Source: Candidatus Poribacteria bacterium
GTDB taxonomy: Bacteria; Poribacteria; WGA-4E; GCA-2687025
Reading direction: 5' to 3'
NCBI GenBank assembly: GCA_016866785.1
Contig: VGLH01000001.1
Span: forward strand, 7,356-71,355
DNA length: 64,000 nucleotides
Both the position numbers and the translations under genes were made by a program. The notes under the pieces were generated by a model. It was not told the DNA's origin. It did no database searches and saw nothing but the letters and a program-made list of their open reading frames with translations. Below, piece after piece: positions 8,918 through 18,231 of this stretch (positions are counted from its first letter, which is position 1; the number at the start of each line of letters is the position of its first letter).

Positions 8918-9568
8918 TTGGCGAACATCCTGACACTTGCCCGCGTCGCTCTGATCTTCGTCGTCATCGGTGTGTGGGCGCGCCGAGCCTTCCTGGAGTG
9001 GTGGTGGCTCGACGCTGTGATGGTTCCGCTGTTGGCTTGGGCGATCTTCATGGACGCCATGGACGGTTGGGTGGCGCGCAGGCGGCACGAGGAGTCGGAG
9101 TCGGGCGCGCTCTTCGACATCGCTGGCGACCGCATCGTCGAGCTCGTTCTGTGGGTCTTTTTCGCGATCCCGCGAGTTGCCGGCGAGTCCGCGCTGGTCC
9201 CCTACTGGGTCCCGGTCGCCATCGTCACGCGTACCGTGCTGACGGACTTCATCCGAAGCGTCGCGTTCGGACAGGGCAAGACGCCGTTCGGCGCCAAGAC
9301 GATGATGGACAGCGGCTGGGCGAAGCAGCTCGTCAGCTCGCGCTGGAGCCGCGCGCTCTATGGCATCATGAAGGCAATCGTGTTCTGCGCGCTGGGCGCG
9401 ATGCTTGCCGCGCAGCGTATGCGCGCCTCGGGTCCCGTCTGGCAGGCGTTCGCACTGGCGACGGACGTGCTCGTGTATTTGACGGCTGCGTTCTGCATCG
9501 TCAGAGCGGTGCCCGTCCTGTGGGATGGCAGGAAATACTTCGTTGCTCGACCCGCGAACCCGACGTGA
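8918..9568 (+). CDS. CDP-alcohol phosphatidyltransferase family protein
   Basis: It has the signature D-G-x2-A-R-x8-G-x3-D-x3-D (DAMDGWVARRRHEESESGALFDIAGDRIVE) within a polytopic membrane protein. Confidence 0.75.
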   Translation: MANILTLARVALIFVVIGVWARRAFLEWWWLDAVMVPLLAWAIFMDAMDGWVARRRHEESESGALFDIAGDRIVELVLWVFFAIPRVAGESALVPYWVPVAIVTRTVLTDFIRSVAFGQGKTPFGAKTMMDSGWAKQLVSSRWSRALYGIMKAIVFCALGAMLAAQRMRASGPVWQAFALATDVLVYLTAAFCIVRAVPVLWDGRKYFVARPANPT

Positions 9569-10463
9569 CGCGATCCGCTATCCGGCGGAACCCGCGCTGC
9601 TGGCGTACCTCGCTGTCGTGGCGGCGTCGGCATGGATCATCGACCCGCCGCGTGCGAGCTGGATCGTCCTGGGGCATGTGCTCGCCGCAGGATTCCTTGG
9701 TCTGCTCAGGCTGTCGGGACCCTCGCCGTCCGTGAAGTACCGTTGCGCGCGGGCGGTGTATCCGCTTGCCCTCTATCCTGTGCTGTACCGGATCACGCTC
9801 TATGTCAGCGCCTCAGTCGACCCGCGGGTCTTCGAGGAACCGATTCGGCGAATCGATGCCGCCCTGTTCGGCGCTGAACCCGCCGAGTTCCTCGCCAAAG
9901 CGTTCGCATCACCGGCGCTCAGTGAGGTCTTGCATCTGTGCTACCTGACGTTCTTCCCGCTGGTGGGCGCTCTCCCTCTGATGCTCGCCCTGGCAGGGAC
10001 TGAGAGAACCCTCGCTCGCGTCGTGGGGGCGTTCAGTCACTGCTTCTTCATCTGCCTCTTGCTGCGTCTGTGGTTCCCGGTTTCAGCGCCGATGTCGCTC
10101 GTGGGCGCAGACTCGACGCCGGACGACATTGGGACGATCGAGCGATTGGCGCACTCCGTCGCCGCGCGCGGGGGAGGCATGGAGGCGTCGTTCCCGAACA
10201 CTCACGCGGCGCTGGCGACACTGACCTGGTTGCTCGCCTACCGAGTCCGGCGGCGCTGGTTCTGGGTCTCAGCGCTTCCGACGCTGGGCATCGTGGCGGC
10301 GACGGTTTACGGCGGATTCCATTTCGCTTCCGGAACCGTTGTCGGAATCGCGCTGGCGGTACTGATCGACCGACTGCACCGCACCAAGCTACGAGCTGCG
10401 GTCGAGGCAGACCGTCACCCGAGCAGGCTTCGTCTCTTTGCCGGCGCTCCGTCGGTCATCTGA
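9525..10463 (+). CDS. PAP2-superfamily membrane protein (AUR1/IPC-synthase-like PAP2_3 resemblance)
   Basis: It is a polytopic membrane protein with SFPNTH (PAP2 motif-2-like, catalytic His) and HFASGTVVG (motif-3-like, with Gly where the usual Asp sits). The 44-nt overlap with the upstream gene leaves the start uncertain. Confidence 0.5.
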   Translation: MAGNTSLLDPRTRRDAIRYPAEPALLAYLAVVAASAWIIDPPRASWIVLGHVLAAGFLGLLRLSGPSPSVKYRCARAVYPLALYPVLYRITLYVSASVDPRVFEEPIRRIDAALFGAEPAEFLAKAFASPALSEVLHLCYLTFFPLVGALPLMLALAGTERTLARVVGAFSHCFFICLLLRLWFPVSAPMSLVGADSTPDDIGTIERLAHSVAARGGGMEASFPNTHAALATLTWLLAYRVRRRWFWVSALPTLGIVAATVYGGFHFASGTVVGIALAVLIDRLHRTKLRAAVEADRHPSRLRLFAGAPSVI

Positions 10464-10476
10464 CGAAGGAGCGCGC

Positions 10477-11385
10477 GTGGCTGCACCTTCCGCGATCTTC
10501 CGATGCTTTCGGGCGCTGAGAACCGCAGTCGGAGGGCGTGCCGGGCGCGGGTACGCCCGACTTCCGGTCGTCGGCGCGGTCTACCGAGCGCTCTACGAAC
10601 GGCTCAAGCCCCGAGGAACGGTCGTCGTGCCGTTTCGAGGGTTCCACGTCCAGGTGGACGCGAGCGACCCCACACACGCCATGCTCCTGATGGGCATGGA
10701 CTTCAACGACCCGGAGATCGAACTGCTCGAACAACGGCTCAAGCCGGGCATGACGGTCGTCGATGTGGGAGCCAACGTGGGGTGTCTGTCGCTTGTCATG
10801 GCACGTCAGGTGGGTCGCACTGGCAAAGTGTTCGCCTTCGAACCGGGTCCCGACAACTACGCTCGGCTGGTCGCGAACGTGGCGCGAAACCATGTCGATG
10901 TGGTCGTTGCGGAAGGCAGCGCAGTCACGGATGAGGTGGGAGAAACGACGCTCTACCTCTCCGCCGAAGCGTGCGGTGACCACAGCATCAGACCGGGCGA
11001 AAGCCGACGCCGAAGCGTGATCGTCCCGACGACCAGCCTCGATGCCTACCTGGGCAGCGCGAGCGTTCGTCCGGACTTCGTGAAGATCGACGTACAGGGA
11101 GCCGAGGGCGCGGTCCTGAGGGGCATGCAGTCGGTTCTCAAAGCACGCCCCCTGCCTGACCTGCTGCTAGAGTTCGATCCAGCGGCTCTGTCGCTGTACG
11201 GCGACGATCCCGCAGCGGTGCTGTTGGACCTGACGACACGCGGCTACGTGCTGCACCACGTACTGCACGACCCGAAGCAGGCGAAGTCGCTCAGACGAGT
11301 CACCGCGCATCAGGCGCTCGAAGCCTGCCGCGCGGAGGGAAGGCACATCAACCTGTTCTGCACCGACGAGATGGCGCATTCATAG
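10477..11385 (+). CDS. FkbM-family SAM-dependent methyltransferase
   Basis: It has VVDVGANVG (SAM-binding motif I) and FkbM-like length and spacing. I take the GTG at 10477 as the start. It is preceded by GAAGGAG at a 7-nt spacer and lies just after the upstream stop at 10461-10463. Confidence 0.65.
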   Translation: MAAPSAIFRCFRALRTAVGGRAGRGYARLPVVGAVYRALYERLKPRGTVVVPFRGFHVQVDASDPTHAMLLMGMDFNDPEIELLEQRLKPGMTVVDVGANVGCLSLVMARQVGRTGKVFAFEPGPDNYARLVANVARNHVDVVVAEGSAVTDEVGETTLYLSAEACGDHSIRPGESRRRSVIVPTTSLDAYLGSASVRPDFVKIDVQGAEGAVLRGMQSVLKARPLPDLLLEFDPAALSLYGDDPAAVLLDLTTRGYVLHHVLHDPKQAKSLRRVTAHQALEACRAEGRHINLFCTDEMAHS

Positions 11386-11766
11386 ATCTCGAGTGAGGTG
11401 ACCCATTCGCTCGACTCCCATCAGCACGCTGGAGAGCTGGAAGTAGACGAGTTCGTGGTCGGCGCGAAGCGTGTGTTCGACGCCTCTTAGGCACGCCACC
11501 ATGTCGCCGGGCGACAGCCGCACCTCGCAGCGGCCGCCGTCAGGGAGGCGCAGCGTTACGGTGGGCTCCCCGGCGGTGAAAAGCCAGTACTCGTCGAAAT
11601 CGTGGAAGTGGAGCTCGACCTCGGCGTTCGCGGGAAGCCGGTACTCGTGGAGACTCGCCGGATCGATCGGGTTCAGGAGCGCCGACATGGGCTCGCGGAT
11701 GCGTTCGCCGCGACTCAGTCGGACAATGCACAGGGATGGGTCTTTCAGGTTCGACGCAGGCTGCAC
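11380..11766 (-). CDS. Cupin-domain protein
   Basis: It is a small 128-aa protein with His and Glu residues in a cupin-like arrangement (HFHDFDEY...GEP). It is convergent with the methyltransferase and overlaps it by 6 nt. Confidence 0.45.
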   Translation of the reverse strand: MQPASNLKDPSLCIVRLSRGERIREPMSALLNPIDPASLHEYRLPANAEVELHFHDFDEYWLFTAGEPTVTLRLPDGGRCEVRLSPGDMVACLRGVEHTLRADHELVYFQLSSVLMGVERMGHLTRDL

Positions 11767-11813
11767 GTGGGTAGTCCTTTAGCGATGGCGCACGTCACAG
11801 GAGATGGAGGCGA

Positions 11814-12923
11814 ATGGCGTTGGCTTCTGAGCTTTGGGACATCGACGCGTTGCGAAGCGTACCTGCCGCCGGATGGGGCGACGAGCAAGACGGCGTGCGA
11901 CCCGTCTACTACGCCAACGAACCGTACCGAGGCAAGCCCACGCGCGTGTTCGCCTATGTCGGGTTGCCGGCTAAGACGCCCGCGCCGGGCATGGTGCTCA
12001 TCCACGGCGGCGGAGGGCGAGCCTTCGCCGAATGGGTGCTCCTCTGGACGGCGCGAGGCTACGCGGCGATTTCGATGGACCTGAGCGGTCGGAGCGTCGA
12101 TGCGGCGCGGATGGAGGACGGCGGCCCCGAACAAGGCGACCGTGAGAAGTTCCTCGACATGGACCTCGGGCTCCGCAACATGTGGACGTACCACGCGGCA
12201 GCCGCTGCGATCCGAGGCGGTTCGCTGCTGTCGAGTCTGCCGGAAGTCGACGCGTCTCGTATCGGGGTGACCGGAATCTCGTGGGGCGGGTACCTGACAT
12301 GCGTCGTCGCCGGTCTCGACAGCCGATTCCGCTTCGCCGTCCCTGTTTACGGGTGCGGCTTCATCCACCAGAATAGCTGTTGGCTTCCGACGTTCGCGCA
12401 GATGACGCCAGACCATCGGGTGGAGTGGGTGCGGCACTTCGAGCCCTCGGTACATCTGACGCAGGCGAAGATGTCGATGCTTTGGGTCAACGGGACGAAC
12501 GACTTCGCCTATCCGATGGACAGTTTCCAGCGGAGCTACCGAGCCGCTCCGGGTGCACGGACGCTGTGCATCAAGGTTCGCATGCCGCACGGGCACGAAC
12601 CCGGATGGGCTCCCACCGAGATCGGGCTCTACGCAGACTCGATCCTGACCGGCGGGGAGCCGTTCCCGACAATGGGCAAGACACGCATCGACGGGCGAGT
12701 CGTGTCGGCGGACGTCTCATCGCGACGACCTCTGGTCGATGTCGCGATGCACTACACGACCGACCGCGAGGCGTGGCAGGAACGCATGTGGTACTCCGTG
12801 CCGGCCCGGCGAGACGGAAGCCGCGTGGTGGCGGAGCTTCCGGTGCGACGACCTTCCGCCGCCTACCTGACCGTTACCGACGACCGTGACGTGACCGTCA
12901 GTTCGGAACACGTCGTCATGTAG
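11814..12923 (+). CDS. Alpha/beta hydrolase (acetyl-xylan-esterase / dienelactone-hydrolase-like)
   Basis: It has a GISWGG nucleophile elbow, an HGGGG oxyanion region and a C-terminal HGH motif. Confidence 0.6.
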   Translation: MALASELWDIDALRSVPAAGWGDEQDGVRPVYYANEPYRGKPTRVFAYVGLPAKTPAPGMVLIHGGGGRAFAEWVLLWTARGYAAISMDLSGRSVDAARMEDGGPEQGDREKFLDMDLGLRNMWTYHAAAAAIRGGSLLSSLPEVDASRIGVTGISWGGYLTCVVAGLDSRFRFAVPVYGCGFIHQNSCWLPTFAQMTPDHRVEWVRHFEPSVHLTQAKMSMLWVNGTNDFAYPMDSFQRSYRAAPGARTLCIKVRMPHGHEPGWAPTEIGLYADSILTGGEPFPTMGKTRIDGRVVSADVSSRRPLVDVAMHYTTDREAWQERMWYSVPARRDGSRVVAELPVRRPSAAYLTVTDDRDVTVSSEHVVM

Positions 12924-12933
12924 GCTGCGTCTT

Positions 12934-13917
12934 TCAGGCGCTGCGCACCGCTCGTTGTGCCGCGATCAGCCGGTCTTCCCAGTCCTGAGCGTCGGAGTTG
13001 GGCACGCGGTTCTCCCGATCCATCGTTTCGATGACCTGCGCCATTCCGGCTTCGAGCGAGACCGCGGGCTGGTACTCCGGCACGTCGCGGAACAGCTTCT
13101 CCGCCGAATAGATCGTGTTGTAGGAGAAGATGTCTCGGCAGATGCCGACGTTCGGGACATCTCGCGCGACCAGATCCGCCAGCGGGACGCCGACCAGCTC
13201 GACCTCTCTGCCGAGAACCCGCATCGCGGTTCGGTGATGGTCCTCCCACGTCGTGTGCCCCCGGCGCACGAGGTTGTACGTCTGCCCGATGCAGCGTTCT
13301 CTCCCCAACATGTGGGCGAATCCGAGCGCCGCGTCGTCGACGTGCAGAAACTGGTGCAGAGCGCGGCCGTCTCCGCAGACGGCGATCGGCTTTCCTTTGC
13401 GGACGCGGTCGATCCAGGCGAACTCCCAGGCGATCTGGCGCAGCATACCCATCTTGGGCCCGTACGTCGTCGAGGGCTTGATGATCGTCGCGGGAAAGCG
13501 GTTCGTGTGATAGGCGGAGAGGAACACGTCGTCGGCAGCGATCTTGTTCTTGCCGTAGTCGGTGATGGGCCGCAGCGGATGGTCTTCAGGAGCTGGCAGC
13601 CAGTCGTAGGAGACGCCGTAGGTCGCCACCGTGGAACACTGCACGAAGTGACCCACGCACTGGAACGCGCGGACACTACTTGCCGCCTGCTTGGCGTTGA
13701 AGCAGATCATGTCGATGGCGGCGTCGAATCCCTCTGCCTGCATACGCCGTTCGTACTGTGCCTCATCCGCGCGGTCGCCCTGGATGACTCGGACGCCTTC
13801 GGGAACCGATCCGCTCCTTCCGCGATTGAAGCAGGTCACCGAATGCCCCAGCTCGACCAGAAGCCGCACGATGCTGGTGCTGATGTTGCCGGTGCCGCCA
13901 ACGATACAGACGCGCAT
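12934..13917 (-). CDS. NAD-dependent epimerase/dehydratase (extended SDR)
   Basis: The N-terminus has a GGTGNIS Rossmann motif, followed by a YGxxK catalytic motif (YGKNK). Confidence 0.75.
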   Translation of the reverse strand: MRVCIVGGTGNISTSIVRLLVELGHSVTCFNRGRSGSVPEGVRVIQGDRADEAQYERRMQAEGFDAAIDMICFNAKQAASSVRAFQCVGHFVQCSTVATYGVSYDWLPAPEDHPLRPITDYGKNKIAADDVFLSAYHTNRFPATIIKPSTTYGPKMGMLRQIAWEFAWIDRVRKGKPIAVCGDGRALHQFLHVDDAALGFAHMLGRERCIGQTYNLVRRGHTTWEDHHRTAMRVLGREVELVGVPLADLVARDVPNVGICRDIFSYNTIYSAEKLFRDVPEYQPAVSLEAGMAQVIETMDRENRVPNSDAQDWEDRLIAAQRAVRSA

Positions 13918-13998
13918 CGTGCGCTCCTCTCCGCCATGGCTGAACGCTCTCGATCCGAGCTTCTCGTCGCGTGCGAGGACGTCCCGCTTCGGACCGGG

Positions 13999-15177
13999 CT
14001 ACTCGACTGAAATCGCGCGGTCATCCGCCTCGTTCTCGATGGACTGACCATCGAGCGCATTGCCTGACACAACGATCCTGGACGCCTTGGGCCCGACGGA
14101 TACGGCGGTCCGCTGTATGTCCGAGCCCGCGAACCGGTTCCGCTCGATGAGGATGTCGTGCGTCTCGCCATCGATACGGAACCCATACATGCCGTTCGAC
14201 GCGATCTCGTTGTCGGCGAACCGGTTCCGATGCCCCGCCATCGGCTCGGACTCATCGCGGAAGTGGATGCCAGCAATGCCGTTCCCCACGATCCGGTTCC
14301 CGACAAACGTGTTGTCGGTGTCCTTATGTCCGATCGAGAACCCGTAGCGCTTGTTGTCCTCGACTTCGTTCGCCTCGAAGACCCCATGCCGCACACGCCA
14401 ACAGAGGAAGATGCCCATGTCGTCGTTCCGACGAGAACGATTCCCGACCAGCGTCGGTCGCTGCGATCCACTGCCGGGATGCAGTCCCAGGTGGCTGCAT
14501 TCCTCGACGAGGCAGTCCCGGACGACCACATCGTTGCTCTGCTGGAAGCTGATCCCGTCCCCGTGGTAGCGCGACACACGGCAGCGCTCGATCCGCGTTC
14601 CGTGGCTCCGATAGAGGAAGATGCCCGCGCCACGGCAGCCGTTGAGGTACGGGCTCCGGTCGCGGCTGCCATCGATCGTCAGGTTCTCGATCCGAGCGCT
14701 CTCGACGTAATAGCCGCTGACGACCGGAAACGCGATGGCGGCACGGGCATTGCCGCTCACCATGCAGTCCGCCTGCAGCGGCGTCGAGATGCCGAACGAG
14801 TCGCCATCCTGCCAAATCAACGTGCCGACGGTCGTGTGGAATCCGCCGGATCGGTCATCGCGAACCGAGACGCCCATTCCGACGCGGAACGGCGTAGGAT
14901 CGACCACGGTGATCTGCTCCTCGCCGTAGTCACCGTCGAGCCGCAGCGGAACCTCGACGCCGTCGCACCTCCGAAGCAGCGTAGATTCACCCGCGCCCCG
15001 CACGGCGACGTGGGAACGCAGGTGCAGCGAGTCGTACATGGCGTACTCGCCCTCGAGCACTTCGACGGTTCCGCCACCGAGTCCGGCGACGTAATCGACA
15101 GCGGCCTGAAGCGCGCGATGGTCAACGCCGTTGATATCCGCCCCGATGTGCCCAACGCGGACGACGATGCCCTTCAT
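13999..15177 (-). CDS. Right-handed parallel beta-helix repeat protein (pectate-lyase-fold, NosD-like)
   Basis: It has repeated beta-helix-like turns rich in G, N and D (NxxxxNxIxxN...) and a 392-aa pectate-lyase-like composition. Confidence 0.55.
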   Translation of the reverse strand: MKGIVVRVGHIGADINGVDHRALQAAVDYVAGLGGGTVEVLEGEYAMYDSLHLRSHVAVRGAGESTLLRRCDGVEVPLRLDGDYGEEQITVVDPTPFRVGMGVSVRDDRSGGFHTTVGTLIWQDGDSFGISTPLQADCMVSGNARAAIAFPVVSGYYVESARIENLTIDGSRDRSPYLNGCRGAGIFLYRSHGTRIERCRVSRYHGDGISFQQSNDVVVRDCLVEECSHLGLHPGSGSQRPTLVGNRSRRNDDMGIFLCWRVRHGVFEANEVEDNKRYGFSIGHKDTDNTFVGNRIVGNGIAGIHFRDESEPMAGHRNRFADNEIASNGMYGFRIDGETHDILIERNRFAGSDIQRTAVSVGPKASRIVVSGNALDGQSIENEADDRAISVE

Positions 15178-15274
15178 TGGACGACCTCCCGACTGCGACC
15201 GTTCCCGGTGTCAACGACACGTGCCCCGCAGGCGTTGTCTGAAACGTGCCATACGACCCAACGGAGAACGCATC

Positions 15275-15886
15275 ATGCGAATGTGCAAGCGGTATTTGCT
15301 GGCAGTGACGCTTGCCACGATATCTCTGCCAGCCGTCGCGTATCAGGCGAGTCTGGCGGTGTCGCCCACGGTCGTCACGACGGCAACCGATGCCGTCGTG
15401 AAGGTCGAGCTCACGAACGACAACTTGAACCCGTGCGACTTCGAGGTACGCCTGATCGCCGACTACGCAAACATCACCTACTTCGTTCGCAAGGATGTCG
15501 GGAACAAGATCGTCCTCGGCGGGGCTCTCTGGCCCCACCTCGTGCCGCCGATGGTTCCGTGCGTCGTGCCGTGCATCGCGCTGGCAGCGCCGCCCTATGC
15601 CGTTCTCGCCGAAGTACCGCTGGGCAGGCTGCGGGCTGGCGAGTACGAGATCGAGCTGACGCTGCCGGGGCTCTGCGACCTGCCGACGCCGTGCAAGGAT
15701 GTGCCGATTGTCCGATGCGACTTCGCGCAGCCGCTTCGCGCGAGATTCACCGTTCACGGACCGGCGAGTGTCGATCGGCGCGACAAGGTCTCGACGACGT
15801 GGGCCCGGATGAAGACGGCGCGGCTCTTTGGGTCGTTCGCCTCCGAACGCGCGCCTGCCGTCGTGAACGCCTCGAGAACCCGCTAG
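15275..15886 (+). CDS. Secreted hypothetical protein
   Basis: There is an internal ATG at 15275 with GGAG upstream. It gives a signal peptide MRMCKRYLLAVTLATISLPAVAYQ. The protein is Cys-rich with no recognisable domain. Confidence 0.45.
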   Translation: MRMCKRYLLAVTLATISLPAVAYQASLAVSPTVVTTATDAVVKVELTNDNLNPCDFEVRLIADYANITYFVRKDVGNKIVLGGALWPHLVPPMVPCVVPCIALAAPPYAVLAEVPLGRLRAGEYEIELTLPGLCDLPTPCKDVPIVRCDFAQPLRARFTVHGPASVDRRDKVSTTWARMKTARLFGSFASERAPAVVNASRTR

Positions 15887-16971
15887 GCATAGTAGAGCGG
15901 CGGAACCTCGAAGCGCGTCGTCGTGTTCATCGAGTGACCCGACTGAGCCGATTCGAGCGCCAGCAGGCAGACCTCCAGGACGTGCAGAGCCTGTTTGCCC
16001 GTTGCGTGCTGGGGCGAGCCGGTTCGCAGCGAGTCCGCCATGTCGAACATGGCGCGACCCCATTCCACTCCTGGGAAGGGCTCCGCGACGTACTCCAGGG
16101 GCTCCCACTTGCCGGCGCGCTGGATCTCGCACGCGCACTGGAAGTCGTGGTTGGAACCGACGAAGATCGCTCCGGTCTCACCGTGCACCTCGGTTCCCGA
16201 CGCCTGCTTGGAGCCGCCGACAATGAAGCTCGACGTGAGCCGACCCACGGTTCCGTTCTCGAACTCGAGCCCAACCACGACGATGTCGGGCGTCTCGACG
16301 GTGAACTGGGAGCCCTTCTGCGGGCCCGCGTTGAGGGTGCGAAACGGCTGCTGGACGGTCCCGAAGCCCGTCACCCGCCGCACCGGACCAAAGGCGCTCG
16401 TGATCAGCGTCAGCGCGTAGACGCCGACATCGAGGAGCGGTCCCACGCCCTTGCGGTAGAACGCCGCCGCGTTCCCGTGCCAGGACTCGATCCTGCCCCA
16501 GTTCATTTCGGAGTAGACGACCAGTGGCTTGCCGATTACGCCCTCGCGGATGGCGCGGATTATCGTCTGTTGCGCTTCGCCCATGAAGGTGAACGGCGAT
16601 GCGCTCAGCCGCAGACCCCGCTCTTCGGCGAGCCGCACGTTGGCTCGACCGGATTCCAGGTCGGTCGCCAGCGGCTTCTCGACGTGCACATGCCTGCCGG
16701 CGCGCAGGGCGGCATCGGTGACCTCGGCGTGGGCGTGGTGGATCGTGAGATTGACGACCGCTTCGATGGCGGGCTCCGCCAGCAGGTCGCCCAGGGACGC
16801 GTACGCCTTGCCTCCGTGCGCCTGCGTCCAAGCCTGGGCGCGGTCGGTGTCCACGTCGTAGGCTCCGACGATCTCGACCTTCTCGGGTTTGGTCCGCATG
16901 CTGTTGCCGTACGGTCCCGAAATCCCGCCGCATCCGACGACGGCGACACGCAACGGTTCGTAGGTTGCCAT
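15883..16971 (-). CDS. Gfo/Idh/MocA-family oxidoreductase
   Basis: The N-terminus has a Rossmann fold (RVAVVGCGGISGPYG) and the EKP motif (HVHVEKPLA). Confidence 0.8.
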   Translation of the reverse strand: MATYEPLRVAVVGCGGISGPYGNSMRTKPEKVEIVGAYDVDTDRAQAWTQAHGGKAYASLGDLLAEPAIEAVVNLTIHHAHAEVTDAALRAGRHVHVEKPLATDLESGRANVRLAEERGLRLSASPFTFMGEAQQTIIRAIREGVIGKPLVVYSEMNWGRIESWHGNAAAFYRKGVGPLLDVGVYALTLITSAFGPVRRVTGFGTVQQPFRTLNAGPQKGSQFTVETPDIVVVGLEFENGTVGRLTSSFIVGGSKQASGTEVHGETGAIFVGSNHDFQCACEIQRAGKWEPLEYVAEPFPGVEWGRAMFDMADSLRTGSPQHATGKQALHVLEVCLLALESAQSGHSMNTTTRFEVPPLYYA

Positions 16972-17021
16972 GGTCTTCTCCCGGTTCGGCAGCTCAGAGC
17001 CGCGCAGCAGGCTTGCGGTTC

Positions 17022-18131
17022 CTAGACGCTCTTCCCGATCTTCGCGTGCGCGTGCTTCGCTCCCAGTTTCTCAACGCGCTTCAGCAACGCTTCCACCTCG
17101 TCCTCGGACATGCCCCATCCGCCGCCTGTGAAGAGCAAGCCGTTCGGCGGCAGTACTTCGAGGATCTGCTCGATCTCCCGAACGTCGCCGATGATGACCT
17201 GGGCGCACTTGCCCGCCTGCTGGATGCGGCGATAGACGTCGATCCATCGCGTGCAGGGCTCGTTCCCGCTGCCGAACACCCACTGGACCCCGTTGAGCTC
17301 CGGGATCGACAACAGCGTGTCCAGATGGACGAGCGCGGTTGGACCATCGAGATGGAAGCAGGATCGGTCGAGGAACCGCGTCTCGTCGACGATGACGGGC
17401 AGGAAGAAGTCGTTGAACATGTCCGGGCTGATCAGACCCGCGAAGTCCATGTTCGTCCCGTAGCATCGTCCGTCGTGGTAGACCGACATCCAGGTCGTCG
17501 ATCCGAGCCCTGCGTCGCGGATCGGGAGCCACAGGTCGTCGTAGACCGGCGCGTACAGTTCGCCTGCCTTGCGGATCGCCTCGCGAACCTCGTCGGGTCG
17601 ATCCTTCAGGTCGACGCAAAGCTCCTCTCGACCTCTCATGGCGGACAGCAAGTCGCCGTTCATGTGCAGGTCGGTGAGCGCCGTGATATACTTCCCTCGA
17701 CCCATTTCGATGGACAGCTCCGTCATGTCGCGCAACGTCTGCCAGTAGATGCTCGTGAACTGGGGCGTCCAGTCGACGTCCTTCCAGTCCTTGACGAAGG
17801 GAACCGCCCAAGACGTACCTGGCGAGAAGACGAGCTCGGCGCCTACCAGCGTCGCGCACTGGTCGGGCCCCAGGTTCGGCAAGTACGCCGGGAACGACTC
17901 GCCGAGGTACTTCCGGTGAGCCATGGAGGCGGCATGCGCCTCGACCTGGAACTCGCTATCCATCCAGCGCTCGCGGAGCGTCTCGTGGCGCTTGGACGGT
18001 ATCGTCGGCAGGTTGCCTTCCTTGCGCGGGATCGTTATCTGGACGCATGCGCGGTCGATGACCTCGCAGTGCCACCACGCCTCCATGCGCTCCATCGCCC
18101 GGTCGAAATCCGGCTTGTATTCGAGCTCCAT
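17022..18131 (-). CDS. Uroporphyrinogen-decarboxylase (URO-D)-like family protein
   Basis: The size is about 369 aa. The region LPNLGPDQCATLVGAEL resembles the URO-D/MtaA substrate-binding stretch. The resemblance is weak and the domain call is low confidence. Confidence 0.35.
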   Translation of the reverse strand: MELEYKPDFDRAMERMEAWWHCEVIDRACVQITIPRKEGNLPTIPSKRHETLRERWMDSEFQVEAHAASMAHRKYLGESFPAYLPNLGPDQCATLVGAELVFSPGTSWAVPFVKDWKDVDWTPQFTSIYWQTLRDMTELSIEMGRGKYITALTDLHMNGDLLSAMRGREELCVDLKDRPDEVREAIRKAGELYAPVYDDLWLPIRDAGLGSTTWMSVYHDGRCYGTNMDFAGLISPDMFNDFFLPVIVDETRFLDRSCFHLDGPTALVHLDTLLSIPELNGVQWVFGSGNEPCTRWIDVYRRIQQAGKCAQVIIGDVREIEQILEVLPPNGLLFTGGGWGMSEDEVEALLKRVEKLGAKHAHAKIGKSV

Positions 18132-18231
18132 GCGCGTCCTCCGTGGTCCACACCCCGACGCCGTTCACCGCCGTACAGGATAGCCAACGCTCGCAAGACC
18201 TGACGTCGCGGCGCGGGAGCTGCACCGTCGA

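Noticed and set aside
8770-9735. 321-aa plus-strand ORF over the CDP-alcohol phosphatidyltransferase
   Set aside because: It is an alternative-frame shadow. The phosphatidyltransferase frame carries the diagnostic DG..AR..G...D...D motif.
14158-17025. 955-aa plus-strand ORF
   Set aside because: It is antisense to three well-supported minus-strand genes (beta-helix protein, Gfo/Idh/MocA and part of the URO-D-like gene). Its composition is Arg/Ala/Gly-rich and low-complexity, typical of a shadow ORF in high-GC DNA.
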